64,000 bases of DNA, from sequence record SRR22947725_1144. One strand, 5' to 3'. The notes under the pieces were generated by a model. It did no database searches. It saw nothing but the letters and a program-made list of their open reading frames with translations, and was not told the origin of the DNA. Made by a program: the position numbers and the translations under genes. Positions 18,682 through 27,833 of this stretch are shown here, piece after piece (the stretch's first letter is position 1; every line of letters starts with the position of its first letter).

Positions 18682-18716
18682 CTTGCATGATAAAGTTATG
18701 AAACGCTAATACTAGG

Positions 18717-21700
18717 TTACTTCACTTGGAAGAACCGTTGATCTGCATCGGAAGCGGTATTGTATGAACCCTTGCCATCAGCATCTAGCACGATTTTGAC
18801 GATTGGCTTGAATTCAGCGTCCACCACAGATGCGGAGTAAATGCTCAATGACTCGAATGGGCTTCCAGAGACACCAAGACTGACAGATCCATCGTCATTC
18901 AAAGAAGCTTCGGTTTGGGCTGCTCCCAGAGGAACACCTGTTCCGGTAACTTCGAATGAGCGAACAACTTCGTCTGCAGGCAGGTAATTTTCATTACCCA
19001 GCTGTTGAGCAGTCAGAGAAATCAATCCTGGTTGTGAGATGGTCAAAAGGTTGCCATCAACTGTTGCTCCACCTCTCAGAACAATATATTTCACAGGCAA
19101 TCCTGAATTTGAAGTAGCACTCAACACCAGGATGACTGGGTTGCCGCTAATCGCCAAATTAGGAATGGCTGGGAACGTAATGGTTTGAGCAGATTTCCCA
19201 ATAGTAAACGTAGCCGATTGTGAACCTCTGACGTTACGGTCATTGATAATGGCTGTGACTTCGTATTCACCCGGTGTGGAAGGAAGTTCCAAACTACCAT
19301 TGTAAGTCATCCGAACATCAAGACCAGCAGGGTCAGTAGTGACCTGTGGAGCTTGGACATTATTCCAAGGCGCCTGCAGGGAACTAGCAACAAAGGTGAT
19401 CGTAGCCGTTGATGACTTGGTGATTTCGAATACTGCCTTCTCCGAACCGCTGTAGGTTGCGTCCTGAATATTGGCAACTACCTCGTATGTTCCTGCTTCA
19501 TGTGGAGCAGCAGGGTTTTTGTTATACGTCACATTAACCGTCAAACCAGCTGGAGTGGTAGTGATCGTTGGAGTCAAAGGATCACCTGTATACGTAGCCA
19601 ATAGACCATCAATGCTGATGGTAGCGGCTTCAAGTATAGTCAATGTTCCCTCTGCACTACCGTCGTAGTCAGCGCTTTGAACTGTGACGCTTACTGCGTA
19701 GGTTCCGACAGCGGATGGGGCAGTCGCAGCTCCATCGTAAGTCACGACGGTTGTGAGCCCGGCAGGTGAAGTAGAAACTCCAACCGCTCTTGCGCTACCA
19801 TTAGCAACCTGAGATAGGTTGGACAGAGCTATTTGAGCTACGCCTTTGCCAATTACAAGAGTGCCAGTTGCTGATCCAGTGAAGTTAGGATCTGTGACAG
19901 ATGCCTCGATACTGTAAGAACCGGCTTGTGTGGGTCCAGCTGGATTGTTGTTGTATGTTAATCCGACTGCAACACCTGCAGGATCCGTTGTCACTGAAGC
20001 TGATTTGCCAGTGCCATCATAGTTCTGAGCTAGATCGCCTAGAGTAACAGTCGCAGCAGCAGGACTGATCACTATGGTCGTTTCAAGCGACCCTGAGTGA
20101 CTTGCTCCACTGACTTCAACTGCCACAGCGTAGGTCCCAGCGTTGATGGGCAATGCAGCTTCACCGTTGTAGGTAACAGCGGTAGCTAAACCAGCTGGCA
20201 CGGTTTCAATCGTGACCGATTTTGCGGTGCCGTCATACGTAGCTGCGGTGCCTGCTACATTGATGGTGGCGGCAGCTTTGCCGACAACCAATGTGCCAGT
20301 TGCGTGAGTTACTGTATAGTTATCTCCAAAGGCACCGTTCGCAAAAATGGTGTAACTTTGGGGCGCCAATGTGGCAATATCGGCTTGTCCACTCAGGAAT
20401 GCGAATCCTGCGTTGGAAAGACTATCACCTGTTTCATTGGGTGCCAGATTTGTGTATTCAAGGCCGAGAGGAACTGAAACACCAAAAGTGGTCGCAGTGT
20501 CAGCAGCTTTGACCGTGATAGGCCTTCTTGCTATAGCCATGGTTCCTTCAATGAAGTCTACGTTATAGTTCTTTGCATCACCCATTTGACCGAAAAAGGT
20601 AATTGCCGGTGAGTTTGCAACAGTAAACCCGCCATCTACAATCCCTGCTCCAGGTTTGATCGCAACCACGGGCTGAGTTCCTCCATTGGATGGATTGAAT
20701 ACGCTACTATCATCGCCGTTCACAAACCCCAGATTACCGTTGCCGTCGCCGTAAACCAATTCGGTCAACGCTATGTTCGGTAAGGGATCTCCATAGATAT
20801 AATTGCTCACAGCCGGAATAGTTACCCGCAAATTAGCAGGATCGACAGTAAGTTCCATGGTCGCTGTGTTTGGAGTAAATGCATTGGCATTATCCGCATG
20901 AGGTGTGTAAGTCACATGTAGAATGTGTTTACCAGCATCCAACATGGCACCAAGTGCCGACTCGCCAGAGGCATCACCAACGCGGTAATTGTAAGAACCA
21001 CCTTTGTCTGCTGCATTGAGTGGAGCCTCTTGAACAGAAGCGTTTAACTCAGCAGCAGCGATTCCTGCGCCGTATGTGATGGTAGCATCTGCCCAAGTGA
21101 TGGTGGGTGCTGCTTTACCGACAGTGTATTTGCCAGATGTGTTAACACCTAGAGTGTAGTTACTTCCCACTGATATACCACCAGCTGGATCCGTATCTAG
21201 AACAGTATTGATGTCGAATTCAGCAGCGACCGTGTTGGCAAAACCAGTTACCGCGATTTGTGGTAACTTGCCGGCATTGAAAACACGTCCAAGTAGGTCA
21301 AGACCAATGACGCTGGCGTGTAGGCCAGAATCAGTGTTGTTGTACTTGGTGTCAGCATCAATGACGAGCTCATTAGCAGTATGGGCAGTAGTCACTTGGG
21401 CAACTGTGAGCTCCACGCCGTTTAGGACAGCGGCTTCAGCTTTCAGACCAGAAAGCCTGAGGCTGCCAGCCGTTTCAACCTGTCCGACACCACTTGAAAC
21501 ATCGAGTGTTTCAATATTCAGTGTTGCTTGGGTCACGTTGATCCTGTTGTCTTCTCCAGAACTCAACTTGATCGTGTAGTTCCTCAGACGTCCGAGGCTG
21601 TCTTCGTATTCCGCAGTAATAAAATAAACACCTACATCACTGCCCTGAACAGCATCCGTGCTGAATGTGGTAACGATACCGTCTCCATCGAGGAAACCAC

Positions 21701-24122
21701 CGTTAGCTTCGTCAGAAGTTCCACTGATACCCGGCAGGGTGTCACCAAACACCATGTCGAAACCAGTAGGGACAACAGATGCCTCTCTGCGAACAACGTG
21801 GATGGTCTTGGTAAGCGTTGAGCCCTTGTAGTTAGGTGAGGTTGGTGTGAACGTAGCGACCACATCGTTTGTTGGAACAGTAAGCGCACGAGCGTCGCTC
21901 GTGTTCACGCTGTAGGATATGGCACCCGCGACACCGGCTGGTCCTGCTGCATTGAGATTAGCTGTTGCGTTCAATGCTGTTCCGTAAGTGACAGCCTTGG
22001 CTGGATCACCAGCTTCAGGTGCCCAAGCCACTGCTGTGTCTGCTTGAGTAATGGTCAGTTTTCCAGACACGTAATTGAAGGCGTAATTTGCTGATACACC
22101 AGCAGAAGGAATGATGGGATAATCAGCCACATCACTACCTGCACTTGTTGGATCGGCGACTGTGGGAGCCGTGCCAAGATCGTTGGCATCATCTCCAAGA
22201 AGAAAACCATCATAAGTGACAGCATTACCGTTGAATGCAACAGCACCAAAGACTCGAGTCTGGTCGTCGGCGGTTACCTTGAGAGATGCTTTTCCAATGG
22301 TGATGGTGCGTGTGAACGTTCCATTCGCGAACTCTACAAACTGGCCAGGAGTAGGCGTGAAGGTAGCGGTCACCGCGTATGTGCCGGCAGGTGGTTCTTG
22401 GCCTGCAACAAGTACGACTGGGTTACCGTTTGCATCTGGAGTAGTGTAAACAGTTGTTCCTGTCAGATTTTGCAAGGTGCCACCGCCATCCACATAAGTA
22501 GTAGATGTAGTCGCATTCAAATGCTTATCGGCCTCCAACGCATCGCCATAAGTCAATGTGGTAGATGTGGGATTCCAAACAACTTGTGCAGGCTGTAAGG
22601 TCACGACCAATTTACCATTTGTGGTAACGATGTTGTAATTGGTGGTTGTTGGAACGCCATCAAAGATGATTGCATTGTTGTAAGTTCCCTGCACAACAGA
22701 AGGACCATCGTTCAGTGCGGGGAAATTAACGACATCGTATTTCAATGCGGGAGGATACGGATCGAAAATAGCTTCAACCGTGTCACCGTGTTTCAACTGA
22801 TTTGCACTGTCAGGAAATATAACTGCAAGACTTGGCAATTCAGCACCGGTAATTTTGTTCCTGTCCGCTGCTTTGACGTCAAGAGTAGCTTTGCTGACAA
22901 GCAATGTTTCCTTGTTGCGAATCAAATTGAAATTCCCACCAAAGACAACAGCGCCAGAGGTAGTGATGTCATAAGGAGCCGCAGAGGCGTCTGAATTAGC
23001 TGCTGGAAGGTTCAGTGATTCAGGTGTCGTGAACAAACCTTCCACCACTTCGAGAGGGTTGCCAGTTGTGGCCACAGCCAGATCCCAAGGTGCAACCGTA
23101 TCGATTACATATTGAGGCACGATCGGAGGTAATTCGGCACCATAGGTGATTAGCTCCCCGCCGAGCACTGTGTCAGCATTGACGACAACATCACGCTTGA
23201 TGACATTGTAAGAACCGTTGTTGATCTGAACATCATAATTGTCAAGAACACCTGCTTGAACCTGATCCAAGTTCACGGTGATATCATATGAGCCAACACC
23301 GTTTTCAGCAGTCACTGCATGAACTTGATTGACTTTGACCTGGGTTTCTTCAGCGTTTTCCCAACCATTGCCACGACCGAAACCGACCGCTCCAAATACG
23401 CCATCGTTTTGGACGTCGAGATCATTGGCAAGCGGATTTTCACCATATACCTTAGTCTGATCCACCAAGGTAAAAACGAGGGGCTTCTTTGTAACAGTCA
23501 ATGTGCCATTAACTGTTGTGATGTTGTAGTTGTTAGCTACTGGGGATGTTGCGAAAGTCACAGGCTTAGAACTACCAGCGTTGGTAGTCGCATCTGCAGC
23601 AACCTCGAGCACTGGTAAGACGGTTATGTCGCTTTCATCATCAGTGATGACCCCGTTGTTTACAAACCCAGTATAAGTGACATTGGCATTACCGGGCAAA
23701 ATCAAGTTAGCCCTGAGGTTTGCAACTGCCACACCATATTGAGGAGTCCCGCTTGCTGCAGTAGCAGTAAGTGGAGCTTGAGCAACATTGACGAAAACAG
23801 TGTCCGTCTGTTGGGCCAAACCAGCGTCGTTGGGCGTGAAAGTCACCGTAAGCGCTTGACCATTTCCGGCATCCAGAAAGGTGCCGTCCGATGGGGAGTA
23901 GATTGTAGTCCCCTGCAACTGGGCACCGGTGTCTGAGTGTGTAAAAGAAGCATTTAGCTGAGTAGAACTCAGCCCTGTGCCGTATACAATATCAGCCGGA
24001 TTATCCCAGGTTATTACGGCATCTGCCGCAAACAACTGGGCCACACTGGCGAGTGTGGCAACGAAGGCCGCCAGAAATGTCCGGCAACCGCCTGATGGTT
24101 TTAGTTTCATAACTCTATTCAT
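18717..24122 (-). CDS. Giant secreted MBG/Ig-like repeat surface protein (adhesin or S-layer-like), ~1800 aa
   Basis: Signal peptide ending LFA; many YG-containing MBG-type modules; Thr/Ala/Val/Gly-rich; C-terminal ...RFFQVK domain. The ORF track starts at 24170; 24122 or 24110 is more likely. Confidence 0.85.
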   Translation of the reverse strand: MNRVMKLKPSGGCRTFLAAFVATLASVAQLFAADAVITWDNPADIVYGTGLSSTQLNASFTHSDTGAQLQGTTIYSPSDGTFLDAGNGQALTVTFTPNDAGLAQQTDTVFVNVAQAPLTATAASGTPQYGVAVANLRANLILPGNANVTYTGFVNNGVITDDESDITVLPVLEVAADATTNAGSSKPVTFATSPVANNYNITTVNGTLTVTKKPLVFTLVDQTKVYGENPLANDLDVQNDGVFGAVGFGRGNGWENAEETQVKVNQVHAVTAENGVGSYDITVNLDQVQAGVLDNYDVQINNGSYNVIKRDVVVNADTVLGGELITYGAELPPIVPQYVIDTVAPWDLAVATTGNPLEVVEGLFTTPESLNLPAANSDASAAPYDITTSGAVVFGGNFNLIRNKETLLVSKATLDVKAADRNKITGAELPSLAVIFPDSANQLKHGDTVEAIFDPYPPALKYDVVNFPALNDGPSVVQGTYNNAIIFDGVPTTTNYNIVTTNGKLVVTLQPAQVVWNPTSTTLTYGDALEADKHLNATTSTTYVDGGGTLQNLTGTTVYTTPDANGNPVVLVAGQEPPAGTYAVTATFTPTPGQFVEFANGTFTRTITIGKASLKVTADDQTRVFGAVAFNGNAVTYDGFLLGDDANDLGTAPTVADPTSAGSDVADYPIIPSAGVSANYAFNYVSGKLTITQADTAVAWAPEAGDPAKAVTYGTALNATANLNAAGPAGVAGAISYSVNTSDARALTVPTNDVVATFTPTSPNYKGSTLTKTIHVVRREASVVPTGFDMVFGDTLPGISGTSDEANGGFLDGDGIVTTFSTDAVQGSDVGVYFITAEYEDSLGRLRNYTIKLSSGEDNRINVTQATLNIETLDVSSGVGQVETAGSLRLSGLKAEAAVLNGVELTVAQVTTAHTANELVIDADTKYNNTDSGLHASVIGLDLLGRVFNAGKLPQIAVTGFANTVAAEFDINTVLDTDPAGGISVGSNYTLGVNTSGKYTVGKAAPTITWADATITYGAGIAAAELNASVQEAPLNAADKGGSYNYRVGDASGESALGAMLDAGKHILHVTYTPHADNANAFTPNTATMELTVDPANLRVTIPAVSNYIYGDPLPNIALTELVYGDGNGNLGFVNGDDSSVFNPSNGGTQPVVAIKPGAGIVDGGFTVANSPAITFFGQMGDAKNYNVDFIEGTMAIARRPITVKAADTATTFGVSVPLGLEYTNLAPNETGDSLSNAGFAFLSGQADIATLAPQSYTIFANGAFGDNYTVTHATGTLVVGKAAATINVAGTAATYDGTAKSVTIETVPAGLATAVTYNGEAALPINAGTYAVAVEVSGASHSGSLETTIVISPAAATVTLGDLAQNYDGTGKSASVTTDPAGVAVGLTYNNNPAGPTQAGSYSIEASVTDPNFTGSATGTLVIGKGVAQIALSNLSQVANGSARAVGVSTSPAGLTTVVTYDGAATAPSAVGTYAVSVTVQSADYDGSAEGTLTILEAATISIDGLLATYTGDPLTPTITTTPAGLTVNVTYNKNPAAPHEAGTYEVVANIQDATYSGSEKAVFEITKSSTATITFVASSLQAPWNNVQAPQVTTDPAGLDVRMTYNGSLELPSTPGEYEVTAIINDRNVRGSQSATFTIGKSAQTITFPAIPNLAISGNPVILVLSATSNSGLPVKYIVLRGGATVDGNLLTISQPGLISLTAQQLGNENYLPADEVVRSFEVTGTGVPLGAAQTEASLNDDGSVSLGVSGSPFESLSIYSASVVDAEFKPIVKIVLDADGKGSYNTASDADQRFFQVK
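19201..20283 (-). repeat. Five tandem ~71-aa MBG-like protein repeats within the giant protein
   Basis: Repeat unit approx. T.PAGL...vTYnG...P..aGtY.V...v.d..y.GS..gtl.I seen five times; diverged at the DNA level. Confidence 0.8.
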
Positions 24123-24503
24123 GTTAGTACGTGCGTTTTCCCAATAAAATTGGAACTCAATCTGCATCACTTCAAGCCAATCGTCAAATTATTTCTATTT
24201 AAAATACTTTTAAACAGGCATAAGTAAGAAGTGGATACATGTTTAAAATACATCAATTCTAGGAAATAGCAAAATTCAGGCCAACTTTATTTCTATTTTG
24301 TTTAGTTATATCGTTCATTTCATGAGATTTGTCGGCCTTGAATATCCCATATAATCACGAACGAAAGTCCTGACAGGCTCTACAACTAGCCCAAAAGCCA
24401 AAAGTGATTCTTTCATCATTCCCATCTCGTATAGAACTCAGTAGAATCATTAACCCTCATACACTGCAAAAATCAAAATACGTTTTCACCTAGTTGTAAT
24501 GAG

Positions 24504-24546
24504 AAGTCGACACTGACCCAAAAGTAATTTGGGTCAGTGTCGACTT
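24504..24546. repeat. Perfect 19-bp inverted repeat with 5-nt spacer
   Basis: AAGTCGACACTGACCCAAA-AGTAA-TTTGGGTCAGTGTCGACTT in the AT-rich intergenic region upstream of the giant protein; no long flanking U tract. Confidence 0.9.
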
Positions 24547-24694
24547 ATTCAAGATTAAACACTTTCAATATTTTCTTCCAACTTGAAGAAAACCTTTTCT
24601 ATAAAAGTAACTTTACTTCAACTCCAACTCTATTAGCCCCATTCAACCTTTGCTGGATCGTTGCTCAGAACTCTAATTTTGCGACCAACCAATC

Positions 24695-24727
24695 AAAAAA
24701 AAGCCGCCCTCGGATTGAGGACGGCTT
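24695..24727 (-). terminator. Intrinsic terminator of the PEP-CTERM operon
   Basis: GCCGCCCTC-GGATT-GAGGACGGC hairpin with an A8 tract on the + strand (U tract on the minus strand), about 25 nt after the stop. Confidence 0.8.
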
Positions 24728-24749
24728 GATGAGAACGGTAAAGTTCAAA

Positions 24750-25217
24750 TTACTTTCTGCGGCGGAAGAACAATGCTGCGCCACCGAGAACTGCCAAAGC
24801 AATTGTGGAAGGCTCAGGAACAGCAACAGTTGAGATGTTCAATCCAGAGAAATCTCCAGGCAATGCAGCTGCAGGAGAAGGAGGAGTTCCAGCTCCACCA
24901 AGAGAAACAGTGAAAGGATCAGAGAAGGAGTAAGCAGCTCCGTCAACTGTTCCAGCAAGTTTCAGTGTTACTTCGCCAGTCAATCCGTCAAGAGTGGTAG
25001 ATCCTCCGGAGAAGAATCCAGCACCAAGAATGGAAGCAGTGCCACCAACCAGGTTGTTGTTAGCATCAGCATACTGAACAGTGGCAGAGCCAGGTCCGGC
25101 AGGAGCGCCATCGATTGATACGATGCCTTTGCCAATGTTTGACAATTGAATGGTTCCTTGTGCGAAAGCACTTACAGAAACTAGTGCGCATAGCGCCGTT
25201 AATACGAATTTTTTCAT
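24750..25217 (-). CDS. PEP-CTERM sorting domain protein (exosortase target)
   Basis: Signal peptide ...SAFA-QG and C-terminal VPEPSTIALAVLGGAALFFRRRK. Confidence 0.95.
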   Translation of the reverse strand: MKKFVLTALCALVSVSAFAQGTIQLSNIGKGIVSIDGAPAGPGSATVQYADANNNLVGGTASILGAGFFSGGSTTLDGLTGEVTLKLAGTVDGAAYSFSDPFTVSLGGAGTPPSPAAALPGDFSGLNISTVAVPEPSTIALAVLGGAALFFRRRK

Positions 25218-25261
25218 AGCTATATTAGTGTCCGATAGGGTTTGTTTGGTATGTTAACAAG

Positions 25262-25903
25262 TTAGTTGATGGAGAAATTACGATCCCATGCACCACCTTC
25301 TGCTTTGTCAACGAAGACAGCATCAGCGACACCCAAGGTAGGATCAGCTGGCTGCCAGCCTTCCAAAACTCCAGGGATGACTACATATTCAGCAGAGTCG
25401 AATCCTGCACCGTTCCATGAGAAAACGACATCGCCTGAACCAGCAGGGAAACCGTGATCTGTCATTGTTCCGGAAACAGGAACAGTTGAGCCTTGGATGC
25501 TCAAGCCAGCAGGAACGTCTTTGTTACTGTCACCACCTTGAAGGACTTCACCAACAAAAGTGATTGTGGTTGCTTCGGCTGATTGGATGAAAAATCCGTC
25601 ACCGACAGGAAGACTGAGGTCAGCAGGCTGCCATCCGGACAATACGCCAGGAATAACAACAAACTGTGAAGAATCATATCCAGCACCATTCCATGCGAAA
25701 ACAACTGATCCGGAAGGAGCAGTAGGAATCACGTCACCAATGGCGTTACCACCGTTGGAGAGAGGGTTAGAAACTAGATTCAAGCCAGCAGCTAGATCTT
25801 TGTTAACGTAACCAACAGCGTTCACTGAGGTCACCTGCGCAGAAGCGGAAGCTAGTCCCGCTGCACCTAGCACAGCCGCGATAAGTAGTGTTTTTGTTCT
25901 CAT
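25262..25903 (-). CDS. Secreted protein of the verrucomicrobial MRTKTLL/SVNAVGYVN type with an internal duplication; function unknown
   Basis: Signal peptide ...ASA-Q; mature N-terminus VTSVNAVGYVN; two copies of SG.VVF.WNGAG[YF]DS..[FY]VVIPGVL.GWQPAD; C-terminal W.R.F. Confidence 0.85.
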   Translation of the reverse strand: MRTKTLLIAAVLGAAGLASASAQVTSVNAVGYVNKDLAAGLNLVSNPLSNGGNAIGDVIPTAPSGSVVFAWNGAGYDSSQFVVIPGVLSGWQPADLSLPVGDGFFIQSAEATTITFVGEVLQGGDSNKDVPAGLSIQGSTVPVSGTMTDHGFPAGSGDVVFSWNGAGFDSAEYVVIPGVLEGWQPADPTLGVADAVFVDKAEGGAWDRNFSIN

Positions 25904-26018
25904 TGCTTTTATTCTCGTTACCGTGTGTGACGATAATTTCTGAAAGATTCAAACATTTGTCAATGCTTTTTTTCTTTTGCGATACGAAATAAAGGATTTC
26001 GAAGATCGAATGGGACAT

Positions 26019-26047
26019 AATATAGGACTCTGACCGATTTTTGTCAA
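26019..26047 (-). promoter_or_regulatory. Near-consensus sigma70 promoter for the 25903/PEP-CTERM operon
   Basis: Minus strand TTGACA (26047-26042), 17 nt, TATATT (26024-26019). A second TTGACA lies at 25963-25958. Confidence 0.75.
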
Positions 26048-26229
26048 TCGCGTCCCTGTCATATCTTTAATAACCCCTAAATGAATGAAACTTGAATTAT
26101 TGATTGAAATGAGTGGGATCGGTTTTCGTTTGATTGGCGTAGTAACTCACTTTTTTTTTAGTTCCTTGAAAATGTCTTCATTTTGGCTTTTTCTTTTTTT
26201 CACGCGGTATAGCGTTACCGCCGTGTTTT

Positions 26230-27369
26230 ATGAGATGGCTTTATAAAAAATTGGTTCGACCAGTTTTGTTCCAGATCCTGGCTGAGCAAGCCCACAATCA
26301 TTCACTGACGCTGCTTTCTGGTGCAACTGAATCAGGTGCGCTCATGAATATGATGGAATCCTTTGCAAGCAGCCCGCCTTTGAGAACAAAACTCCAGCAT
26401 ATTCATTTTCCAAATCCACTGGGCCTGGCCGCTGGTATGGACAAAAACGGAATTGCCCTTCCTGTTTGGGAAAAGTTGGGCTTTGGCTTTTGTGAAATCG
26501 GAGGAATCACTGGTCACCCACAACCCGGAAACCCAAAACCTCGAATGTTTCGAGCGCCCGGTGATCTAGCCATCATCAATCGCATGGGTTTTAACAACGA
26601 TGGGCTCGAAAAAATCATCAAAAAGATGGCCCACTGGAAAACCAACGGGCAATGGCCTTCTTCCCCTGTAGCAATCAATCTGGGCAAATCCAAAATCACA
26701 CCACTTGATGAAGCACCCGCAGAGTATTTACAATTATTGAAGGCGCTTTGGCCTTACGGTGATTTTTTTGTCGTGAATGTAAGCTCACCAAATACACCTG
26801 ATCTGCGTAAGCTACAACAAACTGAGGCATTGAGAGAGATCCTTCGAACATTGCAACAAGGACAGAATTCACTTCAAAAAGAACATCCACAATTGCCTAA
26901 ACGCCCCATTTTCCTCAAGATCGACCCTGACATGTCGCGCAGCAATCTTGATGAAATCATTGATGTTGTTCAGGGGGCAGCACTTGAAGGTATCGTTGCC
27001 ACGAACACCACCCTTTCAAGACCAGAAACGAAAGATGGACCAAATTACCCAGACATTTATTCCGAATCAGGCGGCATGAGCGGAAAACCACTCAAAAAAC
27101 GCAGTACTGAAATTATCCGCCACATTTACGCCCGCACCAAAGGCGAACTCTCCATCATTGGAGTCGGTGGCATTTTTAATGCTCGGGATGCCTGGGAAAA
27201 GATAGGAGCAGGAGCAAGTTTGATTCAGGTCTACAGCGGTATGGTTTATGAAGGCCCCAGCATGGCTCGATCCATTATCGAAGGAATTCGCGATCAAATG
27301 GAACTACACGGGTTTAATTCCATTCAAGATATTGTTGGCAAAGAACTTGAATTTATTGAAGAAACTTAA
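26230..27369 (+). CDS. pyrD: Quinone-dependent dihydroorotate dehydrogenase (class 2)
   Basis: Motifs NPLGLAAGMDKNG, QPGNPKPRMFR, INRMGFNN, NVSSPNTP, TNTT, GG.SG.PL and GVGGI. Confidence 0.96.
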   Translation: MRWLYKKLVRPVLFQILAEQAHNHSLTLLSGATESGALMNMMESFASSPPLRTKLQHIHFPNPLGLAAGMDKNGIALPVWEKLGFGFCEIGGITGHPQPGNPKPRMFRAPGDLAIINRMGFNNDGLEKIIKKMAHWKTNGQWPSSPVAINLGKSKITPLDEAPAEYLQLLKALWPYGDFFVVNVSSPNTPDLRKLQQTEALREILRTLQQGQNSLQKEHPQLPKRPIFLKIDPDMSRSNLDEIIDVVQGAALEGIVATNTTLSRPETKDGPNYPDIYSESGGMSGKPLKKRSTEIIRHIYARTKGELSIIGVGGIFNARDAWEKIGAGASLIQVYSGMVYEGPSMARSIIEGIRDQMELHGFNSIQDIVGKELEFIEET

Positions 27370-27833
27370 TTCACCTTTTCCATGACTGAACCTGGTCCTT
27401 GCACATGCGCATGTAAGTATCTAGACATAAAAAGGTAAGCTTTGGAAAGTTCGATGTATCTTGAACAACCATAATTGCGTTCAAGTTCACAGCGGGCAAT
27501 CGTAAATATAACCGATTTTTATGGCGCCAAGAGAGTACTCTGACGCCTCCAGGCGATGAAGGGTTTCTTTTTGCCTCTGCAAATCAATTTGATGAAGGAG
27601 GCAGTGGTGAGATGATCAGAGGCTCATCTCACGTCTTTCCAGTGAGTGGATTGCTCAACGCGATATCCCCAACCAGCTTGGAGTTCGACATTCAGCGTTA
27701 CTTTTCAACTCGGGCCCAAATGGATGAACAAAGTTTGTTCTCAGACATCCAGCTAGGAAGCCTACATCAAAAACACATAACCTACTCAGCGATAACGATT
27801 GATTAACATGCTGCTCTTCAGTTATTTAAAATT

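Noticed and set aside
25930-25963. Apparent TTGACA/TTGTCA-N22-TAT promoter geometry, also at 63314-63347 and 63761-63794
   Set aside because: Each case also has an acceptable nAnnnT -10 box at 16-17 nt spacing; three AT-rich examples are not enough to claim a novel promoter class.
27465-27806. ~113-codon open frame after pyrD (includes the 64 aa ORF), considered as a pseudogene or second Sec read-through
   Set aside because: No recognisable homology; further stops lie just upstream of the bounding TGA; no redox motif or SECIS-like hairpin seen.
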